Shown: in pieces, positions 37,150 to 49,150 of the stretch
How the letters are laid out: the number at the start of each line of letters is the position of its first letter
Position numbering within the stretch: the stretch's first letter is position 1
NCBI RefSeq assembly: GCF_032191835.1
Contig: NC_083224.1
Location: forward strand, 117,924,001 to 117,988,000
Origin: Heteronotia binoei
Taxonomy: Eukaryota
Direction: 5' to 3'
Length of the DNA: 64,000 nucleotides
The notes under the pieces: model-generated
What the model saw: the letters and a program-made list of their open reading frames with translations, nothing else
Told to the model about the DNA's origin: nothing
Databases searched by the model: none
Program-made: the position numbers and the translations under genes

Positions 37150-40100
37150 GAATAGCATGTGCTCATTTTAGCTGATTCCACGGACTAAATCACTGTGTCA
37201 TCCAGAGCCAACTTTGAATCCAGTAGCACCTTTAAGATCAACAAAGTTTTATTCAGGGTATAAGCTTTCATGTGTATGCACACTTCTTCAGATACAACAA
37301 AATTACCAGTCCATACATATAGGTAGAGCGTGAGTAATAAATTAGCATAAAATATAATTAAGATGTTTAACAGATTCAAGGATCAAACAGGAACAAGTTT
37401 AGTTTATATGGTTACCATATTTTTGGTTTTAATTCCGGGGGGAGGGGGACATAGTGAAGGAAATAAATATGTCAACAATTGGAGATTGATGGGCAGATGT
37501 ATCCTTAATTGTGGAATTCTGAGAGGAATTAACTGAGACCCTGCCTTTACACTCCATCCATCTCCTCTCAAGCATGGAGACAACTTTACAACATCATCTT
37601 CTTTGAAGTGGGGGGATTGGCTGTGTAGAGTTACCTCCCCTGTTCTCAGACCAGAAAAATACATTTCAATCTACCATTCCAAATTACATTACATTCTACT
37701 ATTCATTATATTAAATCTGCTATTCTAATCTACTACTTCAAGTAAGAAATAAAATAAAGAAGATGTATGACTCTCATGGGTGACTGGTGAGAATACAGAC
37801 GTAAGGACTGAATGAGGTTAGCATATGTAGTGAGCAATGTTCCCTCTAAACTGCAGAGTTTTGTGAGTAAAAATTCTGCTTTGTGAGTTACTGGTATTAA
37901 AGTTGTGAGCTACTAGCATTAAAGCTGTGAGCTACTGCATGAATTATTGTGCTCTGGTGCCATTTTTCCTGAGGTAAGACAAAAATGTGTGAGCTGGAGG
38001 CTAAAAGTCTGTGAGCTAGCTCATGCTAACTCAGCTTAGAGGGAACACAGGTAGTGAGATAAGAAACTAATATCCCTGTTAAGTCCTGGGATTCCATTGA
38101 TCGAAGCATTGTAATAACTTGCAACTCAACAATTTTCATTTCTAGTCTGTTCCTGCAGTTTCTTTGCAATAGAACAACTACTTGGAGGTCATCAATTGAA
38201 TGTCCTGGAAGGCTGAAGTGTTCTCCTACAGATTTCTCAGTCTTGTGGTTCTTGGATATAATATATTTTTTTTTATTTTTGTATGTAAACAAACATAGAA
38301 AATAGGCATAAAAGAGATAAAATAAGACAGAAATACCACAATGGTTCATTTATACATAAACATATTTTGGCCAATAAAAACATAAAAATCAGTAAGTGAG
38401 GAAAGCCATCAATATTATCTAATAAATTGTAGCTGATAATGTTTTTCTATCTATAAAATTGCTGAACTGATCCTACTTTATTAAGTGCAAGTTACTTATG
38501 TACTTTTGATTTTGGTCTGGACTACATATAAATATATTTACATTCCTAACATTCTTGACAATTCTAGTGTTTCTCACATTAGAAATGTTAGCCTTGTGGT
38601 TCTTGATGTCAGATTTGTGTCCATTTATCCTTTGGTGTAGAGTTTGTCCTGTTTAACCTAAATGCATTGTTGGCATTTAATGACATAGACAATGCTAGGA
38701 GATGAGCATGTGAACAAGCCTGATTTGGCAACAATTTGCTCCTTCAGATCAATGGTACAGCCGTGGACACCCACATGGCCTCAAAGTATGCTAATATCTT
38801 TTTTGCTAACTCCCCCCCCCCCCATACCTCTCTTATACCTGGGATACATTTGTTGCACACAAACCATGAGCCAAGCATGCTCCCTCACCCAAACAACAAA
38901 GGAACACATGACCAGAATTCTATTGAAGCAGAAATTGTTTATATAACACTTATCAACAGGCCTGGAGAAACACTCCACACACTCTCTCTATACCAATATC
39001 TCCTGTGTTTCTGTGTTTTTCTTGGAATCAGGTCCATTACAGCAGTTCATATACATTTTGATAATATATCCAACATGGGACAGATTAATTATAATTGGTT
39101 TATCAAAACATGACCCAATAGCTTATCTCTGTTCCCATTGGCCAGTTTCCTCTCAGGTTACTTGAACCCTTGCAAAAAGCTGAGTTGGTGCTGGTGTTAA
39201 AAGGGTATACCTTAGCATATTAAAAAAATACACTAGCCAAAGCCAGTGGGTTGCTGGAAGTTCTGTTATTAGGGCAATGCTGGATTATTCTGGGATGCCA
39301 TGGGCTCTTCTCGAAGTGCCTAGGTCAGCTGACTGTTGCTTTGACCCATCTGCAGCTGTATGGAATGTGGAAGTTTTCTTAGAGAACATTTCTCTTTGTT
39401 TAATACTTTCCCTGAGATAAAGACCTTGTTTAGGAACATGGACTTCTCGCTCTCTTGCTAATACTTGCTGGCTTAAAGTTAGAAAAATAAGGCTTCAATA
39501 TAAAATGCTTTAGGCTTAATCAATATATCCCATATTCAAATGTGATTCTCAGTGTAAAGCATAGTTTCTAATTAATCCCTGAAATGTTAGGGCAAATGTT
39601 AATGCAAGTTTAATGTGCAAACAGGTTGATTTGTCCACTACATTGTTGACATTTTTATTGTCTGGACACATGGTACAGAAGCCCTGGAAATATTCTACCA
39701 GGCATTCAATGACTTTCACCCTACCATCAACCTGACAATGAAGCAATCTATGCAACAAATACATTTTCTGGACACTACTGTAAAAATACAGAATGGATGC
39801 GTAGACACCACTTATACTGGAAAGTTAATGTTGTTCGGTCCAGTGATTGTGTTGTCTGGGTTTATGCAGCAGTAAACTTGGCATCTGGGTTTATTGCAAG
39901 CTCTGGTACCGGTGTCCATAACACAGTTTGGTGGCAAAGTCATCTGTAGTTTTGTCAGAAATTATATTCCTGACAGCTAGTAATTCATCTTTGTGTGGGA
40001 TGTTGCTAAACAGAAATTTCACATCCATTGTGGCTAAAGTAGTATTCTCTGGAAGGGTTTTCAAAGATTGTATTTTCCTCAGAAAGTCGCAAACATAACT

Positions 40101-40570
40101 AGGAGTGTTGATGGCATAGGTTATTAGAACAGAGTCCATATATCCAGATACCCACACAGTGATAGTGCCTATGTCTGAGACAATGGGGCATTCTGGGTTG
40201 ACAGGTTTGTTGAGGTTTGTGTGGTGTGTCTTAAAATATTTATTCCTGAATGTGCAGGGGTAATTCCTTTATAATCTTGTTTAGTACTTTTTTATATTGT
40301 AGTATTCCTTTGTGTCATCCAACAACCTACCTAGTGTCCCTTTAAGGGACACACCTCCCCCCCCCCCGCCGGTCTTTCCTGTAGTCTACTTTTTTTAGTG
40401 TACTGCACTGAATTTATCTCCATGAGGGACATAAAGTATACACATGTTTCTTTATTCCTGTATTTGGCAGTGTATCTGAATCCTGACTGTCTGCGGTAAG
40501 TCTTTTTGCTTTAGAGGTGAGCAACATTTGGTGAGGGGACCTCAGATCTGAAGAAAAGTGCAAAGGCTTT
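37150..40570. mobile_element. Mosaic of Penelope-like element fragments (RT and GIY-YIG) in both orientations
   Basis: GIY-YIG-domain C-terminus KSVGEHFSLPGHS (about 38060-38270, minus); RT QINGTA...KYANIF (about 38740, plus); YIVDIFIVWTHG..FNDFHPTINLTM..HFLD (about 39640-39830, plus); TPSYV.DFL....LATMDV..LFSNIPH (about 39900-40160, minus). Confidence 0.8.
37835..38050. mobile_element. hAT-type MITE, same family as 22673-22829, in the opposite orientation
   Basis: TIRs CAATGTTCCCTCTAA / TTAGAGGGAACACAG with a perfect 8-bp TSD GTAGTGAG. Confidence 0.85.
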
Positions 40571-42559
40571 AATGCAAAAATTGTTCCCAAAAGAAAGATG
40601 TTTAGCTCAGAACCTGTCTGGAAAAAAATCTTATTGGCTCAAAGTTCAAAGGTCAGTTGCAGCTTGCAAAGTACCAAACAGAAAACTCTTGTACTTGTGT
40701 AAAAAGATGACTGCAATACCTAAGGACTACACAGGAAATTATGCAGCAGGTTCACAGATATTGACAAACTATTCAGGAGAGAGGTCAAACTGATCACATG
40801 TTGCTTTTATGTCAAGAACCATCAGATTATAGATAAATACGGAAAATCATGCTGATTTATGCAAAAGTCATGTGACCTGATAGGTTTTCAGCACTGACAT
40901 AACCACATAGTGTGACTCAGTGGTTTAGGATAGAGATTGTAGCTCAGTAGTAAACTGCATGCTCAATCTCAGAACATCCCAGGTTTATTCCTCAATATCT
41001 CAAGTTAAAAAGACCATAAAGGAATAGGTTTTGGGAAAGATATTTTTCTATCTGATATCCTAGAGAGCAGCTGTCAGTCAAGCAATAGGCAATATTGAGC
41101 AGGTAAACCAATGGTCTATGACACCAGGCTAATGCTATATTGTCTGTAATAATATTATAAACATGGGATACTGAAACAGGAGGGAGCGCATAGTGGAACA
41201 GCATGATATAACAAAAAAAAAACAATCTCACCACAGCTCCTATGAGTCTGTACAATTGATCTATTCCTTAGGGCCATTAGTTTTAAAAAACAACAACCCT
41301 GTACTCACATAAATTTCTAGTTTTGTTCTAAATCATATAATAGTACAAATATAATCAAGAGAATAATAACATTTGCAAGTAACATGACCATCATGTTCAA
41401 AGTAGAAGATGGCAATCATTCAGCCAACTGGAGAGAACTCAGTAACTTAGGTAATGTGACTTGTCTTTGCTTAAACACATGATTCAGATATTGAATTAAT
41501 ATAGCAGCTTGCAAAAACACAAAATTGTAAATAATTTTTCTGACATTGGTATGAAAACATTAAACATCATGTCAAGATATGCTACTGGAAAAATGGGTTT
41601 AGCTTGGTTTTTTAATGAAACTAGATTTTTAAAAATCTAGCATGAAAAATATGTCTCCCATTCTTTTTGCTAATTTGACATTTATTAATGCATACAGAAA
41701 TAAAGCTATATTTGGCTGAATGCAGTAAATATTAAAATTATGACGTTAATGATAAATTGATATTTGCTGGGGTGAAAAACGAGATGCGAAATCATTCTGC
41801 CATTTCCACTAGTCATAGTTAGGATTAAACAATTCTCCAGTTTTCTGGTTCAATGAGTGTGTGGAGGATTTTAAAAAAAATGCTTGCCCAAGACAAGACA
41901 CAGATTGTGTCTGCAAGCTTAAACCACTCCATTTGCTGCAGTGTCAGCATTCCAGCTACACTTGAACTGTACTACTCTTATTTTATTCTAGTTCAGATCT
42001 GCTTGGTCCAGCCTCATCTGCATTTCCTTGGCTCGCTGAACCATCCAGTTCAATTATAGCATATTATGCATGAGATAATTGTTAAACTTTATAAATTAAC
42101 ATCCACAAGCAAACCAGGGGAAGAACAGAAAATAATCACTGAAAAGCTTCAGATGGCAATTCTAGTAGCAACCACTGGCAATTTAAGTTGTAAAGTTCAA
42201 GAGTATTTTTAACTAGCAAAAGAAGAAAATTCTAAAACAAACCAGAATATGACAGCTAATACACACATCCCACACACATCTGTCTCCTTTCATGAGAAAA
42301 GACTGGAGAAGAAAAAAGTCAATCCTGCTGTTTTCCCAGTAGCTTCAGAAATTCAGCCTTCTTCTCTGCTGAGAGGAGACAGGTCCTAGATCAGCCTAAA
42401 CCCATTTATTTCAATGGAATTAGACTGGAGTAACTCAGCATATTATTGTACTGTAAGTTGAGGGCTAAACATCACCCTTCCTTTAGCCCTCCCTACACTA
42501 CCAGCAACTTCCAAAAAAAGGTATAGCTCTCTCTTCCTCTCTATTATCCATATGTAGGT

Positions 42560-43690
42560 AATGCTGAAACACCAGAACTACATATATAAAGTTATGAATC
42601 CATGATACATACCACTTACCCTACTTAGGCACATCAGCTGTGTAGGCTTCTCACTGTTGCTTCTTTGCATCAGGAAATGCCTTCTGTTTTCTATCATGTT
42701 ATGCTGAGGAAGGAATCCAGATTGTTCTGTTTTTATGTATGATGGGAGAATTGTTTTTAATCTATTGGCTAGGACTTTAGTAAATATTTTTGTATCTAAA
42801 TTTAAAAGTGACATTGGGTGGTATGACGTTGGGAGCAAAGGATCCTTATTTGGTTTTAAGATCACTACTATGTTTGTTTCTTCCCATGTAGGGGGCATGT
42901 CCCCAGTCTTTAATATATAATTACAGAGTTCTGTCAGTGGTTCTATTAGTTCTATTAGAGAATACCTATTGCAACCGGGAGAAGTTTGGTTTCTGAGTTA
43001 ACTTATAATAACTATTTCTATCTCTTTTGAGGTTATTTCAACCTCCATAAGAGTCCTATGGTCTCAGTTTATTCAGCAAGTTGTTCTTTTGCAGAAATTC
43101 TTGTATTTTGAAAGTATCTGGCTTTCTAGAAGACTATAAATCTGAATAGTATTTAGTAAAGCAATCTAGGATTGAATTAGAAAAGGTAAGTATTTCCCCT
43201 TTATCATTTTTAAGGAATAAATATGCCTGGCTTTTTTTTGTTCTTTTGCCTTCCAGGCCAAAAGTCTGAGAGATGTTTTTGATCTGATGGAATACTTTTG
43301 TTTTGTGTATATTAGGGTTTTTTGAATATTTTCATTCTCTAGTGATTCTAAAATCTTTCTTTCAGCTTGTAACTTCTGATATATAGGGTTGCTACCTGTT
43401 TTTTTGTGTAGCTGTTCTAGGTTTTTTATTGAATTTTATAAAGTTATTACAGTTTCCCTGTCCAAAATAACACAACCGTTCTTAAACAAGGAGACTTCTG
43501 CCACCCTGTTTTGTAAATCCATGTTTGAGGTCTTTAAGTTTCATTCCACAGAAACCTGTTTATCCACACCAGTGTTCAGTGGGTCATGGAGAGCCTTCTT
43601 TTTCAATTTTCCCCTGTTGAGATATGCTGTGGGAACTAGCAACCTTCTTTAAAACATCCACCTTGGGAGTAAGTGGGATTGGAAGAGCAG
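42560..43690 (-). mobile_element. Degenerate L1 ORF2 fragment (post-endonuclease linker plus RT N-terminus)
   Basis: Peptides LEQLHKKQ...KLQAERKILESLE...LRLLAWKAKE and MPPTWEETNIVVILKPNKDPLLPTSY.PMSLLNLDTKIFTKVLANRL..EQSGF. Confidence 0.85.
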
Positions 43691-43699
43691 TCATAGCTA

Positions 43700-44640
43700 A
43701 ACCAGTCTCCCATAAATCTAGCTGCGCAGACTTCTTTGGCTCCAAATGCTTAAAGTCTTCTTTGTTTCTAAGTAGCTTGTCCGCCACTGACAAAGAGTGT
43801 CATTCTGCAGACCTGATCAGAATTTTCCCAGTCTAGTGGTAATTGTCAACTGTTCTTTAACTGGAAGAGATGAAAAGTTGTTCAGTAACTCCCCTTCCAT
43901 AGAGTTTTCCAATGAGGAGTGTTCTAACATCAGTTTCTGAGAGGTAGGAGCGATGAAGCTCAAATTCTGATCTTTCTGAGACACCTCCTTCTGATTCTCT
44001 TTAGTTGTCTTATCCACCTCCATTCAAGAAACTTCTGTAGATCCGGATGGTAACAAAGGATTTAAAATTAGGTTATCAAAAACTCTGGCAGCAAAGATTT
44101 CCCTACTATATAAAAAATTCTTTTTTACGCAGCAATATACTGGGAATCTTAGAGCTTCCAAACTTGAGGATCACTCTTTGTGCTTGATTTGAGTTATTTA
44201 GAAGCTCTACAGAGTTTAAATCAATTATAGGGCTCTTCATCTGTAAGAGAGTTCTTAAATGCTGAATAACTCTCCCCTTTGTGTTCCATATCTTCTGGCC
44301 TTTGTATCTACCAATTGTCAAGCATATTTTCCTTGCTTGTAACTTTAAATGAAATTTAGCTGCTTTTCCAGACTGCCAGACTTTTCCTTTTTTGGGGTTC
44401 TCTTTCTGAGTTAACCCTGGGAAATTTTTTAGAGATAGCCCATCAGGATTTAAATTACTTTTATTACTGTTCAATATAATTTGAGTAAGATGGTCCACTT
44501 TGTTTTCAGTTGCCTTTATCCTATTCAGGACAACTTCCAAAGTCTTAGCTGTTAGTTGAATAACCTCATTCAACATTTTCTCAGGCAGTCTATAGCAGTC
44601 TATAGTTAACAAGCACAGAGTCATTCAGATTTCCTACATC
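43700..44640 (-). pseudogene. Degenerate ORF1 homologous to ORF1 of the LINE at 55582-61017
   Basis: LKLQARKICLTI...IDLNSVELL...QRVILKFGSSKIPSILLRKK aligns with LVLQPNKVCITV...IDLITIESL...QRILLTFQSSNIPSLILRRK. MEGELLNNFSSLPVKEQ aligns with LEDDLLQSFGSLPAKDQ. Confidence 0.8.
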
Positions 44641-44873
44641 CCCTCTCTCATCAATGCTATTAGTTGAAATGGTATCAAAGCCATATAGTTGTGGGTGGGC
44701 CCCTTATGTCTCCTGGCAACCAATATTTTAGACTCAGTTCGCCACTGACCAAGAGTGTCATTCTGCAGAACTGATGAGGATTTTAAATGACTTTTAAATT
44801 GTAGCAGTATCCTTGAGTTGGCCAGAAGGACGACTTCACATCTATTGGCCCTAATACTTTGAATTCAGTAGGC

Positions 44874-45082
44874 AAAGAAGAGATTGGATTTATACCTCGC
44901 CCTTTTCTCAGAGTGATTTATAATCCACTTCCCTTCTTCTCCCAACAACAGACATGCTGTGAGATAGGTGAAACTGAGAGATCTCTTTGAGAACTGCTCT
45001 TGAGAGAACAGCTCTGAGAGAAGTGTGGCTGACCCAAGCTCACCCAGCTGGCTGCATGTGGAGCAGTGGGGATTCAAACCCC
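44874..45082 (-). mobile_element. Squam3-like SINE, 5'-truncated
   Basis: Reverse-complement similarity to 16450-16734 from the B box to the tail. Confidence 0.75.
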
Positions 45083-45301
45083 TACTCAGGGGATCAGGTC
45101 AGAGTCAGCAGCTTTATAGAAGTAAACTCTTACTGGAACTTTGTCTCACATGATCTCTGCTGACCTGGCAACAGTAGTACTACCCATAGACATCTGCAGG
45201 CTAGGGTTGGTAGGTGTCTACTGACCCAAATCCCAAGACTCGCGTGGCTGGACCTGGTGATGTCCCATTGATGTTCTAAGGGTAGTTCTTTCACATACAG
45301 C

Positions 45302-45485
45302 CAGGGCTTTTTTTGTAGCAGGAACTCCTTAGCATATTAGGCCACATACCCCTGATGTAGCCAATCCTCCAAGAGCTTACAGTAAACCCTGTACTAAGAG
45401 CCCTGTAAGCTCATGGAGGATTGCCTACATCAGGGATATGTGGCCTAATATGCAAAGGAGTTCCTGCTACAAAGAAAAAGCCCTG
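45302..45485. mobile_element. Palindromic hAT-type MITE (184 bp)
   Basis: CAGGGCTTTTTTTGTAGCAGGAACTCC ... GGAGTTCCTGCTACAAAGAAAAAGCCCTG, palindromic almost to the centre, with an 8-bp TSD CATACAGC / CATACTGC. Confidence 0.9.
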
Positions 45486-46014
45486 CATACTGCTAGGAAT
45501 TGTACTGCATGCTGTCTGTAAATGTGTGCATTCATAATCTTAAGGCTTTGAAAAGATTGACTGTTTTCTATACCCAAACATGATATTAAAAATAACATGG
45601 AAATTAACTATGTGCTAAATGTATAATGGTGATTACTGCCAGATTATGCCTGTTTAAATCTTGTATTGAACTCAAGTCATCAAATATGCAAGTGATGGTC
45701 CTGAAATTTCTCTGTGCTGACTTGAGAATGAGCTTCAGTTCTAGATCTTGATTAAAGACCAATGGCATAATGGAATAAGAGAGATTAGCATGGTATTGTT
45801 TTTGTTATATTTCCTAATAAATTGTAGCCTAAACAACCTGTCCCAAAGCTAGGTCATAGGATTTACAAACATGATACGTTAACTGAAGGAAAATGCTTGT
45901 CACTGATGCACTAAACAACCAAGACACACAGTACCAAGCAGAGCCAACTCAAAACAAAATACTGTGTATAATTAAGCCATATAATACTAAATGCCAAATG
46001 TATAGTATTATTAA

Positions 46015-46412
46015 CACTCTCCAAAGTATATGCTTCAGAATATCATGCCCATACATAAGTATTTCCTTAAAGTCAAAAGTCCTGAGAGGACTGTCACTCA
46101 TTATCAGAAGGCTCATTAGCCGGTGGAAGAATGAGAAGGAGTATTAATTCTCTTTGTTTAATGACACCAGTGTTTGGCATTGGAAGTCCAGATGTTGCCT
46201 TATATACAGCAGTGATTCTCCACTGAGAAAGTTTGATTATGAAACACCACGGGGATCTTGTTTGGAGCTGGAATATCATCTTTGGAATTTGCAACATGGA
46301 CTATTGCTAACTGAATGTTTTTGGATGCTCTTTGTGATTCAGGACTTTTGGCTTTAACAAAATATTTCTTATGTATGGACATAGTATTGTGATATATATG
46401 CTTTGAAAGGAG
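46015..46412. mobile_element. Old inverted-repeat element flanked by TTAA
   Basis: Imperfect inverted repeats of about 70 bp (…CCATACATAAG…TTAAAG(T/C)CAAAAGTCCTGA), with TTAA at 46011-46014 and 46413-46416. Confidence 0.5.
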
Positions 46413-46436
46413 TTAAGCTACTAAAATGGCCTTGGG

Positions 46437-49035
46437 TTATTTATTTATTTATTTTAGTATGTTTCTATTCTGCCCATTCCCCGTAGAGCTCAGGGCGGAG
46501 TACAACATATGATAAAACAATAAAAACATTTTATTAACAGACAACTCAACAGCATTCAGAAAATTTCCATATCATCACATATTGCCCAGCATGGCCGTCT
46601 CACATCATGATAAAATGTTATCCCATAGGGGTGGCAGATATTATTCCATTTTATAGCACAGGTGACAGTGCCAATAGGGGGGGCAACCAGATCAAGAATA
46701 GACACCCACAGCCTCAAATAAAAGCCTGGTGGAACAGCTCCGTTTTACAGGCCCTATGGAAGGCTAATAAGCCAGGTAGGGTCTGGATCTCTGTAGGGAG
46801 CTGATTCCACCAGGTCAGGGCCAGAACTGAAAAAGCCCTGGCCCTAGTTGAGGCAAGGCCGGGAACAGCCAACAGATGTTGGGAGGCCAAATGTAACGAC
46901 CTCCCGGGCATATATGGGAGGAGACAGTCCTGCAGGTATGTTGGTCCCAGGCTGCGTAAGGCTTTAAACGTTAAAACTAAAACCTTGAAATGGACCCAAT
47001 ACTCAATGGGCAGCCAGTGCAGACTGCGGAGCACCGGCCGAATGCTCACCCGTAGAGGTGGTGCAGTCAGCAGGTGAGCCGCCATATTCTTCACCAGCTG
47101 CAGTTTCCAGATCAGTCTCAAGGGCAAGCCAGAATAGAGAGAGTTACAATAGTCTAGTCTGGAAGTGACCATTGCATGGATCACTGTAGTCAGGTCCTGG
47201 GGGGATGGATATGCTGCTAGCTGCCTGATCTGCCAAGGATAACAAAAGGCAGACCTGGCAACCATTTTGATCTGGGCCTCCATGGAAAGGGAGGCATCCA
47301 AGATCACTCTCAAGCTCTTCACCTGTTGGGCCAGCACCAATGTGGCACTGTCCAAAGCTGGGAGTTGGATGCACGCACACACTCCACCCTGACCTAGGTA
47401 CAGGACCTCCATCTTAGCTGGATTCAGCTTCAGCCAGCTCTGTTGTAACCTTCCAGCCACAGCTCCCAATGCCTCGGACAGCTGGACAGGGGCGGAGACT
47501 GGCTGGCCACTCATCAACAGATAGAGCTGGGTGTCATCAGCATACTGGTGGCAACCCAGCCCAAAACCTTGGGCAACCTGAGCAAGGGGGCGCATATAGA
47601 TGTTAAATAATATTGGTGAGAGAATGGCTTCCTGTGGCACTTCACATATAAGTGGATGCTGCAAGGAAGCCTGCTCGCCAAACACCACCCTTTGTCCCCA
47701 TTCCCAGAGAAAGGAGGAAAAGCATTGCAAGACCACCCCCCAAACTCCGGCGACGGTGAGGTGGTGGGTCGTAAGGTTGCAATCGACCGTGTCAAACACT
47801 GCCAACAGATTGAGAAGTATCAGCAGTGCTGACCCGCCTTGATCCAGATGCCATCTTAGGTCATCTGTGAGAGCAACTAGGACAGTCTCCGTTCCATGGC
47901 CCGGGCGAAAGCCGGACTGGAATGGGATCAAGGTGGATGTCTCATCCAGGAAAACCTGTAACTGCTCTGCCACCGCTTTCTCAACTACCTTACCAGAAAT
48001 AGTAAAATCAAACCTGGGCGGTAGTTGGCCAAGACCCCAGGATCTAATGATATTTTTTTTAAAGCAGATGAACCACTGCCTCCTTCAATTTCTCTGGGAA
48101 GGTCCCTGTTGAAAGGGACAAGTTGACAATATCACCCAGAGAGTCCCTGATACCATCCCGGCAGACTTTCACTAGCCAGGATGGACAGGGAGCCAGGGGG
48201 CAGGTGGTAGGCTTCACTGCAGCCAGGATCCTGTCCACATCCTCCAGCAAGAGCCCACTGAAGCAGTCCAATATAGGACCAGAAGACGGCCAAGGAACTT
48301 CCAGTTTGCGTACTGTATCAATCGTGGCAGGTAGATCCTGGCAGAGAGTCAAGATTTTATCTGTGAAATATGTTGCAAAGGCCTCAGAACCAATATCCCA
48401 TTCCCTATTATTTTGATTGCCCAGTAACAAAACTGTTAATGAACAGATTACTCTAAATAATTGGGCTGGGTGCAACTTTGCAGACTCTATGGAGGCCACA
48501 TAGAACTCTTTCTTAGCAGACTTCATAGCCCCTTCATAGACGTTCATAAACGTTCTAAAAGAGTTTCTTGACTCTTCGTCATGAGCACATCGCCACACTC
48601 ATTCTAACCATCTAAACTGCCGTTTAATCCTCAGCAGCTCCACAGTATACCAAGGGGCTGCTTTGGAATGACAACGAAGAGGGCACCAGGGAGCGATGTC
48701 ATCGATGGCAGTGGAGAACTGGAAGTACAGTCCTCCACTAACTCATTCAGTGATCCACCAGGGAGCATCGAATCCCGCAGAGCCTCCTGAAGCCGCTCTG
48801 GGTCCATTTGGCTCCGCGGGCGAGTATAAATCCGCTCACCACCTAAACAGGAGGGAAGTTTCAGGTCTAACCGGGCTTTCAGGGCATAATGATCTGACCA
48901 TGGAACTGGCTCCTCAGTCATCAGATCTGGTAATATACCTGCCCCAAAGATCAAATACAGTGTGTGACCGGTCTGATGTATGGGAGCTGATACAAATTGG
49001 CTGAGTCCTAGTGCCTCCATGGATGACATCAGGTC
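46437..49035 (-). mobile_element. Degenerate L2-clade LINE (endonuclease C-terminus to 3' tail)
   Basis: Homologous to the L2 at 10950-14845: GHTL.LIFG, SDHY, PFQSGFRPGHGTET, YADDTQLY (419-aa open segment 46714-47973), with a (TAAA)n tail near 46440. Confidence 0.9.
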
Positions 49036-49039
49036 CTGA

Positions 49040-49150
49040 ACCAGCTGAGATGCTGAGGGTGTCTGTTGTGGGGGGAGAAGATATAGGAGATTGTAAGCCT
49101 CTCTGAGTCTTTGATTCAGAGAGAAGGGCGGGGTATAAATATGCAGTCTA
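49040..49150 (+). mobile_element. 3' fragment of a Squam3-like SINE
   Basis: GGGTGTCTGTTGTGGGGG...GATTGTAAGCC...GGGCGGGGTATAAAT. Confidence 0.65.
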
